Assembly (NCBI GenBank): GCA_964016885.1
Contig: OZ024748.1
Span: forward strand, 31,806,001 to 31,870,000
Direction: 5' to 3'
Source of the DNA: Eledone cirrhosa
Taxonomy: Eukaryota
DNA length: 64,000 nucleotides
Part shown: in pieces, positions 29,905 through 45,639 of the stretch
How positions within the stretch are numbered: the first letter of the stretch is position 1
Layout: each line of letters begins with the position of its first letter
Position numbers and translations under genes: made by a program
Notes under the pieces: generated by a model
Seen by the model: the letters and a program-made list of their open reading frames with translations, nothing else
Databases searched by the model: none
Told to the model about the DNA's origin: nothing

Positions 29905-30019
29905 TATAAAGTATATATATATATTTATCGTATATATATATATATTATATATATTGTATATATATATATATTTTATATATATATATATTGTATTAATTGT
30001 TTATATATATATTGTATAT

Positions 30020-30078
<59 letters not shown>

Positions 30079-30393
30079 TATATATATATATATTGTGTAT
30101 ATATATATATACTATATATATATATTGTGTATATGTATATATTGTATATATATATGTATTTTGTATATAAATATATTATATATATATATATATATTGTGT
30201 GTATATATATATATATATTGTATATATATATATATATATATTGTATATATATATATATTGTACATATATACATATATATTGTATATATAAATATATATAT
30301 TGTATATATATGTATATATTGTATATACATATATATTGTATATATATATGTTGTATATATATATATATATACTGTATATATATATATATATTG

Positions 30394-30424
<31 letters not shown>

Positions 30425-30703
30425 TGTATATATATATTGTATATATATATATATTGTATATATGTATTGTATATATACATTGTGTATATATATATAGTAA
30501 ATATATATATATATATTGTATACATATTTATATATATATATTGTATACATATTTATATATATATATTGTATATATAAATATATATATTGTATATATATAT
30601 ATATATATATTGTATATATATAAATATTGTATATATATATATATATAGAATATATATATATTTATTGTATATATATATATATTGTATATATTGTATATAT
30701 ATA

Positions 30704-30743
<40 letters not shown>

Positions 30744-30785
30744 TTAATTGTTTATATATATATTGTATTAATTGTATATATATAT

Positions 30786-30844
<59 letters not shown>

Positions 30845-31509
30845 TATATATATATATATTGTGTATATATATATATATATTGTATATATATATATATATT
30901 GTATATATATATATTGTATATATATATATATTTTATATATATATATTGTAAATATATATATATATATATATTGTATATATATATATATATATTGTAAATA
31001 TATATTGTATATAATATATATATATTGTATATAATATATATATATATTGTATATATATATATTCTATATATGATAATAAGGGCGCTGCGGAGTTGCAAAT
31101 GGGTTACATATGAAAAAAGTTTGTCCTTCATCAGTGATCTTCCAACTATCATAGGCATTTCATCGCTTTAAAGACCATATACCTCCGGTTGGTGCGAGCA
31201 ACGGCTAAAAAAAGTCGTTGGGACACGTAAATAAAGGGGAATCGAGGGTAAACAAACAAAATGGTGAGGCAACAGAAAATGAGGAAGAAGGAGACAAGTC
31301 CCAGATTTCTATGAATTTAAGTTCGGTGAAATCGTGAACGAGAGAATAAAGACCATCAAACCTGGTTGAAATGTGAGCAAGGAAGGAATTTCGCACAGGT
31401 CTAACGGAGGAAGAAGGGGTCTGGTCTGCGAATTCGGTAAACATAAGTTCTGTGAAATCGTATTGCATAAATATATATATATATATATATATTGTATATA
31501 TATATATAT

Positions 31510-31566
<57 letters not shown>

Positions 31567-31578
31567 TTAATATAGATG

Positions 31579-31629
31579 AGATTCTACAGGACTAGAACTG
31601 TTTCATTCATTAGAAATCATCAGGAATCT
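31579..31629 (-). ncRNA. Type I HHR (family D)
   Basis: agattc-CTGATGA-tttctaatgaat-GAAA-cag-ttctagtc-ctg-TA-gaatct. Confidence 0.85.
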
Positions 31630-32351
31630 GGGTATCAAAAAATAAATATGGTATTTATAGGTCTCTACAAGTGGTAGGAGAGGGTGGGGAGTGGGATGGG
31701 TGCAGGTCATTGGTTAATAGAAAAGGGAATTCATTAAAAGCTAATTCTACAAAGCTATAGTTAATTTTTATTTTTATTTATATTTATTTATGTTTTTAGA
31801 GTAACAAAGGCAGACAGAATTCTATAAACAGGTTCCGGATGGCATACCATTCCTTGTCAATAAGTTTCTCTTAAGCTAACAGATGTCTATAAAATCAGTG
31901 GGGGGTCAGTCATGCTCGATAGAATTAAAGAAAAGGGAGATTCTTTAAAAGCTAAGGTCATTAAGGTTCTACTAAGTGACAAAGGTCTAGAGAATTCTGC
32001 AGACAGATTCAAAATAATGAGTGCATATCTTACTATTATCTTCGAACTTCTCTTAAACTAATCAACAATATGCCAAAAATCAACAGACACATTCACAAAA
32101 AAACAAAAAAACAAAAAAAAACAGAAAAACAAAAAAACACACATAAAAAACAAAAAAACACACATACTCACTCACACACTTACGCGCAACCATAAACACA
32201 CACACAAACACATATACACACATAAAAACACACACACATATATAAAAAAATATATAAATATATATAAATATATATTCATGTACACACACATACATACACA
32301 CATACATACATACATACATATATAATACATATACACATATACATACACACA

Positions 32352-32447
<96 letters not shown>

Positions 32448-32482
32448 TATATACACACATACACACACACACACATATATAC

Positions 32483-32535
<53 letters not shown>

Positions 32536-32689
32536 GATACACACACACATACACATACATACACACACACACACACACATATACACAAATAAATACACTC
32601 ACACGCATACATACAAACACGAGTATACATATGTATAAATATCTATACACACACATATACACACATATATATATATACATATATATACA

Positions 32690-32727
<38 letters not shown>

Positions 32728-32869
32728 TCTATACACACACATACATATACATATATATATATATATATCCATACATACACAAACATACACATACATACAC
32801 AGACCTATACATAAATATACACATATATATACAGACATATAACGCACATATACACACACATATATACAT

Positions 32870-32940
<71 letters not shown>

Positions 32941-32951
32941 TATACATATAC

Positions 32952-32983
<32 letters not shown>

Positions 32984-33094
32984 GCGCATACACACATACA
33001 CACACCCACACACAAAATATATATACACACACTCTCTCTCTCATGCACATATATATATATATATATACACACATATATACATATATATACATAC

Positions 33095-33160
<66 letters not shown>

Positions 33161-33319
33161 ATACATACATATATACACATATATATACATACATACATAT
33201 ACACACATATATATACATATACACACACAAATACACACACATACACACATATATACATATACATACACACATACACATACATATACACATATATATACAC
33301 ACACATATACACACATACG

Positions 33320-33361
<42 letters not shown>

Positions 33362-33374
33362 TATACACATACAT

Positions 33375-33431
<57 letters not shown>

Positions 33432-33446
33432 TACAAATACACATAC

Positions 33447-33527
<81 letters not shown>

Positions 33528-33631
33528 CTCACATTCATATACATACATATACACACACACACATACACGCATATACATATATACATACAAATACACACAC
33601 ATACACATATATATACATATATATACATATG

Positions 33632-33680
<49 letters not shown>

Positions 33681-33716
33681 CTGCCCACACAATCATATAC
33701 ATATATATATACATAT

Positions 33717-33812
<96 letters not shown>

Positions 33813-33816
33813 GCAC

Positions 33817-33847
<31 letters not shown>

Positions 33848-33872
33848 TACATATACATATATACATATACAC

Positions 33873-33904
<32 letters not shown>

Positions 33905-33929
33905 ATACACACATACATACATATACATG

Positions 33930-33997
<68 letters not shown>

Positions 33998-34251
33998 TGT
34001 ATATATATATATATACACACACATACATATACACATATATATATACACATATACACACACATACATACATACACACATACACATACATATACATAAACAT
34101 ACACACACACATACACACATATACATACATACATACATACATACACACATATACACATATAAATATATATATATATATATATATACATACATATACACAA
34201 ACACATACATATACATAAATATACACACATAAAACACATATACACACAAAC

Positions 34252-34344
<93 letters not shown>

Positions 34345-34448
34345 TACATACATACATACATACATACATATACACAAACACATACATACATATACCTACA
34401 TAAATATACACACATAAAACACATATACACACAAACATATATATATAC

Positions 34449-34513
<65 letters not shown>

Positions 34514-34731
34514 TACACATATACACATATACAAACAAATATATACACATACAAGTAAATAGGTACTCAATAAATATACGCATATACACAGGCACATAAA
34601 GACACCTCTACAGGCAGAAAATGTAGATACGAAAGAGGTACTCACATGACCATAGTGGCCGTATTTCAGGTTGAGGAGGGGTGGGGGTAGAGTGGGGAGG
34701 AGGTATAGGGGCCAATAGGGGGAGGTCGTTT

Positions 34732-36159
34732 TTAGCCATCGGGCTTTAACACTGGCTTAAAGTGTTTGAATGTTGCAAAGTTCTTGTGCATGCAGTTCGG
34801 GCAGTGTTCAGAGAGTTTGTTCAGTAGCGGGCCCTTGGCGAATAAAATTTCGTAGCTCTCTGAAATACAAAGGTCGCAGCCCTTGTGTCTTCCGTTGTAA
34901 GAGCGCGCTTTCTGGAGTATTTTCCAATTAAGCGTGAAGGGGGTGGAGTTCCTTTTGAGGTCCCAAACGTAGGAGGCGAGTGTTGTTTGATTTGATTTAT
35001 CCGGTCTTCTGAAGGAGTGGGTATGGGCATACCAACGGGTCTTAAAGTTGTTGGAGGTCATGCCGATGTAAGTTTTTTTGCAATCCTCGGTGCCTGAGAT
35101 GACATCGCATTTGTATACGATGTCATTTGTGAGGCATTTGTTTTCTAGTGGGCATGCTTCCTTATTTAGGCAATTACATAGAGCCCATGTCCGGGGATTG
35201 GTTTCGGAGGTGGTTGGCTTATTTAGTTTAGAGTTGTGGTTGGCTATATTCCTAGCTAGGTTAGGTGTGGTGGAGTAAGACAGTCTTATAGTGTTCTTAT
35301 TAAAGATGGTGTAGTACCTATGTTGTATGGGGAAGTGTAATTTCAGTAAAGTGAAGAAAATCCTAGCTATCGGAGTAGATACCTCTCTATTGAAGGGAGG
35401 GTTGTACCAGCTAATCTGCCTATGTCTATTCCTCCTCTGCAATTTTGCGGTGGTTTCTAGGTAAGTTATCTTATCTTTAAATCCGCTACGGGCTAGGGCG
35501 TCATTGTAGTAGGAGGCAGATGCATTAAAAATATCTTTGTTGGCGGAGAGGCCAGATATTCTAATAGAGACGCTTTTTACTAGGTTATCAGTAATGTTTT
35601 GGGGGTGGTTTGAATTAACATTAATATATTTAAGGGACTCGTTAGGTTTGTGGTACGGGTAATAGAGGGAAGTATCTAGGTCGAGAGTGACATCTAAGAA
35701 GTTGGCCCTAGTCAAATTAGAATCTATAGTTATACTAAATCCTAGATTAGAGAAGAAAGAGCTTAAGTTTTTCCGAAACCCATCGGTGGTTCTGGGGCTA
35801 ACCTTATGCAGGGCGAAGAGGCCGTCGTCTCGGTATAAACCTCCAGTTAGGCCGGTAAAGAGGTTCTTCAGGTTATGTAGGATGTACAGGCCCACAAGGT
35901 CGCTAATTTCAGCCGAGTCACTCGCCCCCATGCTAACGTCAAATGGGGTCTGAGATTTCTTGTTGATCCAGTAAGATCCATCGTGGTATAGAAAGGTCTT
36001 ACGAGCGTGGAGGATAATAACTTGCTCGGCATCGGTAATGGTGGTAAAATTCCTGGCAAAGTTAATTGCGTCCTTCAGGAGGGGCTCCGAGATAGAGGCA
36101 TAGTAGTTTTCTATGTCGAGTTGCAGGAAGCAGGTGTTTTTTTGTAGCACATCTTTGAA
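34732..36159 (-). CDS. PLE RT (from motif A) plus GIY-YIG, 5'-truncated, open frame
   Basis: [42 protein letters not shown]. Confidence 0.88.
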   Translation of the reverse strand, partial: FKDVLQKNTCFLQLDIENYYASISEPLLKDAINFARNFTTITDAEQVIILHARKTFLYHDGSYWINKKSQTPFDVSMGASDSAEISDLVGLYILHNLKNLFTGLTGGLYRDDGLFALHKVSPRTTDGFRKNLSSFFSNLGFSITIDSNLTRANFLDVTLDLDTSLYYPYHKPNESLKYINVNSNHPQNITDNLVKSVSIRISGLSANKDIFNASASYYNDALARSGFKDKITYLETTAKLQRRNRHRQISWYNPPFNREVSTPIARIFFTLLKLHFPIQHRYYTIFNKNTIRLSYSTTPNLARNIANHNSKLNKPTTSETNPRTWALCNCLNKEACPLENKCLTNDIVYKCDVISGTEDCKKTYIGMTSNNFKTRWYAHTHSFRRPDKSNQTTLASYVWDLKRNSTPFTLNWKILQKARSYNGRHKGCDLCISESYEILFAKGPLLNKLSEHCPNCMHKNFATFKHFKPVLKPDG

Positions 36160-36161
36160 CC

Positions 36162-36282
36162 GTACACTATGTAGCACTATGTAGCACACTATGTAGCACA
36201 CTATGTAGCACACTATGTAGCACACTATGTAGCACATTTTTTGAACCGTACACTATGTTCAAGAAGAACATAGTGTACGGTT
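36162..36282. repeat. Junction filler: ~6 copies of (ac)actatgtagc plus a 17-bp-arm hairpin
   Basis: aaccgtacactatgttc-aagaa-gaacatagtgtacggtt; the repeat unit is built from both neighbouring element ends. Confidence 0.85.
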
Positions 36283-37900
36283 GTAGGGTTAAAACCCCCA
36301 ACTCCGAACACCTCTACATAGGAGCCACATCAACGAGCTTTAAGGACCGCTGGTACAACCATCGCCATTCATTCAAGAAGGAGGCCAAAAGGAAAAGCAC
36401 AGCTCTCTCCGACCTGATCTGGAAGCTTAAGCTGGACAGGACCCCATACTCTCTGGCCTGGTACATAATCAGGAAAGTACCACCCGATAAAGGGGGATCT
36501 TGCATATGCAAACTATGCCTGAACGAGACCCTCGAGATACTAAGAGGTGGAAGCGGCCTGATAAACCTCAGAACCGACTTCTTCGGGACATGCAGACACC
36601 TTTCTCAAAATATATGGACAGTAGCAACACAAGAAGATGTGAACTCCCCTCAAGCTATAGGGACTTCTACAGAACATGAAAACACCTCTCGGCCAGACAA
36701 GCTATATGGACAATTACAACACCCTAGGTTGTGAACTCCCCTCAAGCCATAGGGAACAACCCAGGCGGAGCAGACACCATGATAGCCTAGAGATAGAATC
36801 GGACACAGCCATAATAATCTGGTCAACATCTATAACACAAACACTTTTAATTTATCTGACTTTAAAGTTCCAATCTTAAATCTTGATTTCTCTTTATTAA
36901 TTTGTTATTTGTTTTCTGCCCTCTTCACTGTATAACCTTATATTTATTTATTTTAAGTTGAGATAGATTATAACACAAACACATTGAATATCTCATCTTA
37001 ACATCTTGTATCATACCAATCTATCCAACATATTCTGACCTTGAGATTGGTTATAGCACACACACACACACACTTTATCCTACATTATTTCTCACTTCTC
37101 CATATACATTATCATTACTTTTTCACCAATCTCTCATTTACTCTTTATTCTTTATTCTCTATTTATTTATTTATTTTCAAATTACACAAATTATATTAAT
37201 TATTTTATTTTATTATATTATTTATTTATCTTCTGTTTTCTTCATTTATCGCCTTATATTTCTTCATATACATGAAAGAACCCCCCCCCCCCCGCCACCA
37301 CCACTACGATGGTGGCGAGTGGGATGAAGAGAAAACACAAACTGAATACTTCTAAATTGTTAGCAGCAGCAAGGTATAAGCTGACCACTACAACAACAAC
37401 AGTACCAAAATAATGGTGGAGGTCAAATGTACTGAACAATAGCAGGCATAAACACTACAGGGAGCCTCACCCCAGAAAGAATTCTATAGACTTCTGACTG
37501 AGGAATGCTCTCAGAACTGAACAATGGGAAGTTTGACACATTTTTTGATATTTTGTTCCTTCAACACCTTGTCCCTTCTACCATTTTATCAATTTTTAAG
37601 CTAACTCCAACAATGACAACACTAATAACTGACCAACGAGAGGAGAAGGGGACCTGTGACACGAAAATTCGTTTGTTTGAATTCATATGACTCCAGTTCC
37701 CCAGTGAATTAACAACCCAGCAAGGAACTGGGCATATCAGAGTATTGACAATATCATACACCTAAACAACATATGTACTTGTCTATACCATACTAATTCA
37801 AACTGCCTGAAGAGGTCACAGCCAAAGATGGCTGTCACTGAAATATATATAGCAGTAATAAACGAAGCTAAATTTTAATCATTTGACTTTTATTTAACTT

Positions 37901-37905
<5 letters not shown>
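36261..37905 (+). mobile_element. 5'-truncated PLE family F: GIY-YIG ORF (to 36734), 3' UTR, HHR
   Basis: IVYGC..YIG, RWYNH, STALS, CKLC..E; ends in TA. Confidence 0.82.
37802..37856 (+). ncRNA. Type I HHR (family F)
   Basis: actgc-CTGAAGA(37807)-ggt c acagcca aaga tggctgt c act-GAAA(37840)-tatata-TA-gcagt. Confidence 0.85.
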
Positions 37906-37944
<39 letters not shown>

Positions 37945-38073
37945 ATATGTGTGTATGTATGTATGTATGTATGTATATGTGTGTATGTGTGTGTGTATGT
38001 TTATGTATATGTATGTGTATGTGTGTATGTATGTATGTGTGTGTATATGTGTGTATATATATGTGTATATGTA

Positions 38074-38175
<102 letters not shown>

Positions 38176-38200
38176 CATGTATATGTATGTATGTGTGTAT

Positions 38201-38246
<46 letters not shown>

Positions 38247-38267
38247 ATATGTATATATGTATATGTA

Positions 38268-38298
<31 letters not shown>

Positions 38299-38306
38299 GT
38301 GCGTGC

Positions 38307-38422
<116 letters not shown>

Positions 38423-38465
38423 ATATGTATATATATATGTATATGATCGTGTGGGCAGGTGTGTG

Positions 38466-38505
<40 letters not shown>

Positions 38506-38615
38506 TATATACATATGTATATATATGTATATATATGTGTATGTGTGTGTATTTGTATGTATATATGTATATGCGTGTATGTGTGTGTGTGTATATGTAT
38601 GTATATGAATGTGAG

Positions 38616-38978
<363 letters not shown>

Positions 38979-39013
38979 ATTACGCTATATATGTATATGT
39001 ATGTGTAGTTGTA

Positions 39014-39078
<65 letters not shown>

Positions 39079-39099
39079 ATGTATGTGTATATGTGTTTG

Positions 39100-39135
<36 letters not shown>

Positions 39136-39294
39136 CGTATGTGTGTATATGTGTGTGTATATATATGTGTATATGTATGTGTATGTGTGTATGTATATGT
39201 ATATATGTGTGAATGTGTGTGTATTTGTGTGTGTATATGTATATATATGTGTGTATATGTATGTATGTATATATATGTGTATATATGTATGTAT

Positions 39295-39342
<48 letters not shown>

Positions 39343-39500
39343 GTATGTATATATATGTATATATGTGTGTATATATATATATATATGTGCATGAGAGAGA
39401 GAGTGTGTGTATATATATTTTGTGTGTGGGTGTGTGTATGTGTGTATGCGCGTGTGTGTGTATATATATATATATATATATGTGTATATGTATATATATG

Positions 39501-39617
<117 letters not shown>

Positions 39618-39931
39618 ATGTATATATGTGTGTGTATATGTGCGTTATATGTCTGTATATATATGTGTATATTTATGTATAGGTCTGTGTATGTATGTGT
39701 ATGTTTGTGTATGTATGGATATATATATATATATGTATATGTATGTGTGTGTATAGAGATATATATATATAGAGATATGTATATATATGTATATATATAT
39801 ATATGTGTGTATATGTGTGTGTATAGATATTTATACATATGTATACTCGTGTTTGTATGTATGCGTGTGAGTGTATTTATTTGTGTATATATGTGTGTGT
39901 GTGTGTATGTATGTGTATGTGTGTGTGTATC

Positions 39932-39998
<67 letters not shown>

Positions 39999-40019
39999 GT
40001 GTGTGTGTGTGTATGTGTG

Positions 40020-40125
<106 letters not shown>

Positions 40126-40848
40126 TATGTGTGTATGTATATGTGTATATGTATTATATATGTATGTATGTATGTATGTGTGTATGTATGTGTGTGTACA
40201 TGAATATATATTTATATATATTTATATATTTTTTTATATATGTGTGTGTGTTTTTATGTGTGTATATGTGTTTGTGTGTGTGTTTATGGTTGCGCGTAAG
40301 TGTGTGAGTGAGTATGTGTGTTTTTTTGTTTTTTATGTGTGTTTTTTTGTTTTTCTGTTTTTTTTGTTTTTTTGTTTTTTTGTGAATGTGTCTGTTGATT
40401 TTTGGCATATTGTTGATTAGTTTAAGAGAAGTTCGAAGATAATAGTAAGATATGCACTCAGTATTTTGAATCTGTCTGCAGAATTCTCTAGACCTTTGTC
40501 ACTTAGTAGAACCTTAATAACCTTAGCTTTTAAAGAATCTCCCTTTTCTTTAATTCTATCGAGCATGACTGACCCCCCACTGATTTTATAGACATCTGTT
40601 AGCTTAAGAGAAACTTATTGACAAGGAATGGTATGCCATCCGGAACCTGTTTATAGAATTCTGTCTGCCTTTGTTACTCTAAAAACATAAATAAATATAA
40701 ATAAAAATAAAAATTAACTATAGCTTTGTAGAATTAGCTTTTAATGAATTCCCTTTTCTATTAACCAATGACCTGCACCCATCCCACTCCCCACCCTCTC
40801 CTACCACTTGTAGAGACCTATAAATACCATATTTATTTTTTGATACCC

Positions 40849-40899
40849 AGATTCCTGATGATTTCTAATGAATGAAATAGTTCTAGTCCTGTAGAATCT
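40849..40899 (+). ncRNA. Type I HHR (family D, inverted copy)
   Basis: As 31579-31629 but GAAAtag (U-G wobble). Confidence 0.8.
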
Positions 40900-40982
40900 C
40901 ATCTATATTAAAACTGTTATACTCTGCTATGTATTGAGTACCTTATTTACTGTGGTTACCTCCGATTCAACCCGGAACAACG

Positions 40983-40992
40983 TATATATATA

Positions 40993-41031
<39 letters not shown>

Positions 41032-41144
41032 ATATATATATATTGTTTATATATATATATATTGTATATATATATATATATATATATTGTATATATATAT
41101 ATATATATATATATTGTATACATATATATATATATAAATGTTGT

Positions 41145-41179
<35 letters not shown>

Positions 41180-41244
41180 ATATATATATATATATATATA
41201 ATTGTATACATATATATATATATTGTATATTATATATATATATT

Positions 41245-41285
<41 letters not shown>

Positions 41286-41416
41286 TATATATATATATAT
41301 ATTGTATATATATCTATATATTGTATATATCTATATATTGTATATATATATATATATTGTATAATATATATATATATATATATATATATTGTATATATAT
41401 ATATTTTTTATATATA

Positions 41417-41456
<40 letters not shown>

Positions 41457-41632
41457 ATATATATATATTGTATATATATATATTGTATTTATATATATAT
41501 ATTGTATATATATATATTTTATATATATATATTGTATATATATAATATATTGTATATATATATTGTATATTTATATATATATATATATATATATTGTATA
41601 TATATATATATATATTGTATATATATATATAT

Positions 41633-41663
<31 letters not shown>

Positions 41664-41878
41664 TGTATATATATATATGTATATATATATATTATATATA
41701 TATATATATATATTGTATATATATATATATTGTATACATATATTGTATATATATATATATTGTATATATATATTGTATATATATATATATATATACATTG
41801 TGTATATATATATAGTATAGATATATATATATATTGGTATACATATTTATATTATATATTGTATATATATATATATAT

Positions 41879-41938
<60 letters not shown>

Positions 41939-42148
41939 ATATATATATAAATATTGTATATATATATATAGTATATATAGATATTTATTGTATATATATA
42001 TATATTATATATATTGTATATATATATATTTTACATATATATATATTGTATTTATTGTTTATATATATATTGAATATATATACATTGTATATATATATAT
42101 ATATTGTATACATATTTATATATGTATATTGTATATATAAATATATAT

Positions 42149-42232
<84 letters not shown>

Positions 42233-42352
42233 ATATATATATTAATATTGTATATATATACTGTATATATATATATATATTGTATATATTGTATATATAT
42301 ATATATTTTATATATATATATTGTATTAATTGTTTATATATATATTGTATTA

Positions 42353-42394
<42 letters not shown>

Positions 42395-42435
42395 ATTAAT
42401 TGTGTATATATATATTGTATATATATTGTATATAT

Positions 42436-42492
<57 letters not shown>
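40983..42492. repeat. (TA)n-TTG satellite
   Basis: Direct sequence inspection. Confidence 0.9.
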
Positions 42493-42496
<4 letters not shown>

Positions 42497-43006
42497 ATTA
42501 GAATACTGGAGCGTGTTTGAGTCAAACACCCTCTTCGTATTATAGAAATGACAGTAAAAGGTATAGCTCAATGCTGTTAAACAGAGCCAAAAAATTAAGA
42601 GAGTAAAACAAAGAATCTTTTAATACATCAAAAGTTGTTATTAGCCGACAATGTTTCGTCCTATTAAGGACTCATCAGGACAATCAAAACAACAAGAGGT
42701 AATTTCGGCAGATACAAGCCAGAAACTCTGAAGAATATGGAGTGTACGTACACTAATGTCTTGCAAAGATATACGATAATAAAAATGAAAATAAAGATAA
42801 AAATAATAAAATTATAATAACTAAGGATGTAGATAACATTAAGAACTATATTACAAAGCCACCAACTTAAATCTAAACAAATTTGGTTATATAGAGCAGG
42901 AATTATATATAACACAATATAATACATTATAATAATAATATATTTATACCAACATTAAAATTCCAAATTAAAAATCAAAAGGTACAATATATACATGTAT
43001 ATATGT

Positions 43007-43074
<68 letters not shown>

Positions 43075-43545
43075 TACAATACACATATCTATTTTCTATT
43101 ACACAGAAATTAAGCCCTATTAGAAGTTTGAATATTAAAAATAAGCATGGTAATAGTGAAAATAATACTAATACATCTACCCAATATACATGAGGCAATA
43201 ATATGATATAATTACAAGAAACACTTATAACATATAATAAACAACAAAATTATATAATTCAATACAATATAATAAAGTAGGATAGATAATCCCCGGTTAA
43301 TTTACAGAAACAATATAGATGTCACAGTGAAATACAATGATAAAATGTTAACATTATATTAACAATTACCATAAACAATATGTACAAAATGATTCATACT
43401 GGGTTACATAATAGATGAGAAAATATAAATCATATAATATAATACAATAATACTCAAAAAAACTATAATTGTACAGGGAACAATTATGATGTTACAGAAA
43501 AAATATGATGTTACAGAAAAAAATATACAGACATCTAACATGATA
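42493..43545 (-). mobile_element. Non-coding HHR-bearing segment, probably an orphan PLE 3' UTR
   Basis: HHR ~150 nt from the TA junction, internal (CA)n, no ORF. Confidence 0.55.
42641..42684 (-). ncRNA. Minimal type I HHR with canonical core
   Basis: gtc-CTGATGA-gtcc-ttaata-ggac-GAAA-cattg-TC-ggc. Confidence 0.8.
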
Positions 43546-44415
43546 TGTACGTGTATTTGACTGTTATAGCGTATAATTTTTACATATTCTGGTATTTAGA
43601 GTTTGGCTATGTGTATACGAGAGTTTTGCGTCTGCGTGAGTATGCAGGTTCGTACGTATGGTGGGTGTGTGTATATGTGTACTTCTTGTTTTAGTTGACT
43701 TATGTCTCTGAACATTCGTGTATTTATTTGTAGGTATGTGTGTGCGCTTGTTATATACGTATTTATCTACTTATATACGTTTATATAATTATTTATTTAT
43801 TTGTACACAAGCATACACACATATTTATATGTGCGTGGTTTTGTATACCTATGGTAAGGTTTTGCGTATGCTTGTGTATGTACGTATCTGTTTGCGTGTA
43901 TGTATTTATTTGTTCCTATTACTTCTGTATTGTATTTATTTACTTTGTTCTTAACTCTGTAGCGGAGATTCATTTGGTCTCCTAGTTAGAATTTTTGTCT
44001 ACGACTTCTGCTATACCATTTACGTGGTTTTGTCTTTGCGTGCTATTGTTCTCCACGCTCCACATATGACTTATTATCTTCGTTTTTTCGTTCATTGCCA
44101 GAGAATGTCTCTATGCACCACCTAAGAGAACATTAGTCTACGACCTCTTTTATACCATAAACATGGTTCTGTCTTTGCGCGTAATTGTTTTTCACCGCTC
44201 CTATTAATGACGTATTATTCGTTTTTTCCCGTTCTTTGCCAGCGAACGTTTCCACGAACCAAAGTATCGTCTTCCTGTCTTCCTCCGGTTGCAACGTTTT
44301 TTGAAATATCCGGTTCTGCGTTTACAGATTGACTTTGTTAGTTTCCGAAGATCCCGTTAAGGGTGAAAGCAGCGATTCTTTGCTTAAACTTCAATCTGTT
44401 ATTTTAATAAATATT
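43546..44415 (+). mobile_element. Solo 3' UTR/pLTR of PLE family G
   Basis: Reverse-complement homolog of ~56612-57490. Confidence 0.85.
44340..44390 (+). ncRNA. HHR variant with CCGAAGA core (family G; CAGAAGA copies at 58877-58927 + and 56636-56686 -)
   Basis: agttt-CCGAAGA-t ccc gttaa ggg t-GAAA-gca-gcgattctt-tgc-TT-aaact. Confidence 0.6.
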
Positions 44416-44422
44416 GTATACT

Positions 44423-44512
<90 letters not shown>

Positions 44513-44527
44513 ATATATATATATATA

Positions 44528-45050
44528 GTTAAACTTGGGGAGGGTCATATTTGTGTAATATTGCCAGAATTAATAACAGAACACACTCACTGTTTGGTTG
44601 GTTTTCGCTTCTCGCTGTCTTTTATATCTGTAATCTAGCTTACTCGGTCCTCAATGTTGCCATTGACTGACCGACGGTCAAAAATAATACAGATACAATA
44701 TAGACACAAACACATATATATAGTTTACATAATTTACATAAATCTTTCGTTGCACATCTGCAACATCGTCAATGGTGTTATATCTTCCTCCTGTTGTGTT
44801 GTATGTCTACGCCATTTTTTATTCAGTCTGTCTATATATTTATTTATTTATTTGCTTTTTTGTTTATTTTATTTTGTCTTCTTTGCGCATGCGCTTGCGT
44901 GTGTGTATAGTGTTATGTTTGCTGTGTGACTAGTGTGTATAGTGTTATGTTTGCTGGGTGACTAGTGTGTGTTTATGTGCTTGTTCTTATTGTGCTTGTG
45001 TATGTATTTATTTATCTTATTTTATTTACTTATTTATACTTCTCTTAGGT
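44528..45050 (-). mobile_element. Diverged solo pLTR of family C
   Basis: Homologous to 20615-21135. Confidence 0.88.
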
Positions 45051-45125
45051 TATATATATATATATATATTGTACATATATATATTGTATTTATATATATA
45101 TTTATATTGTGTATATATATATTGT

Positions 45126-45196
<71 letters not shown>

Positions 45197-45426
45197 ATAT
45201 ATATATTGTATATATATATTGTATATATATATATTGTATATATATATTGTACATATATATCGTATATATATATTGTATATATATATTTTATATATATATT
45301 GTATATATATATTGTATATATATATTTTATATATATATTGTATATATATACTGTATATATATATAGTATATATATATATTGTATATATATATAGTATATA
45401 TATATATTGTATATATATATATATTG

Positions 45427-45462
<36 letters not shown>

Positions 45463-45639
45463 TTACAATTGTTTCCTCCAAACCGAGGTTTGGATTCCTC
45501 GGAGCAACTATTTATAACATACTTGACCTCCTTTTCAACCCAAGAGACACATTAAACATATGCGCATATTGATCAACAGTGGGGTGACATTCATCAAATG
45601 AAACAGCATGGCAATTTACATATAAAGTGTTACATGATA

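Larger units (their letters stand above)
26531..31070. repeat. (TA)n-TTG satellite with ~1.48-kb higher-order duplication, interrupted by element E
   Basis: Landmarks acgttgtgta 27761/29247 and tataaagtata 27905/29383; local caa-polarity patch at 26620-26780. Confidence 0.88.
31564..36161 (-). mobile_element. 5'-truncated PLE family D with ~3.2-kb 3' region containing a compound TG/TA microsatellite and a terminal HHR
   Basis: ORF 34732-36159, then microsatellite, then unique 31564-32090 with HHR; inverted copy at 37.9-40.9 kb. Linkage of the UTR to the ORF is inferred. Confidence 0.72.

Noticed and set aside
36164-36237. CYIV-repeat N-terminus of ORF 34732..36237, or a CRISPR-like array
   Set aside because: Spacer-less junction filler in a eukaryotic context
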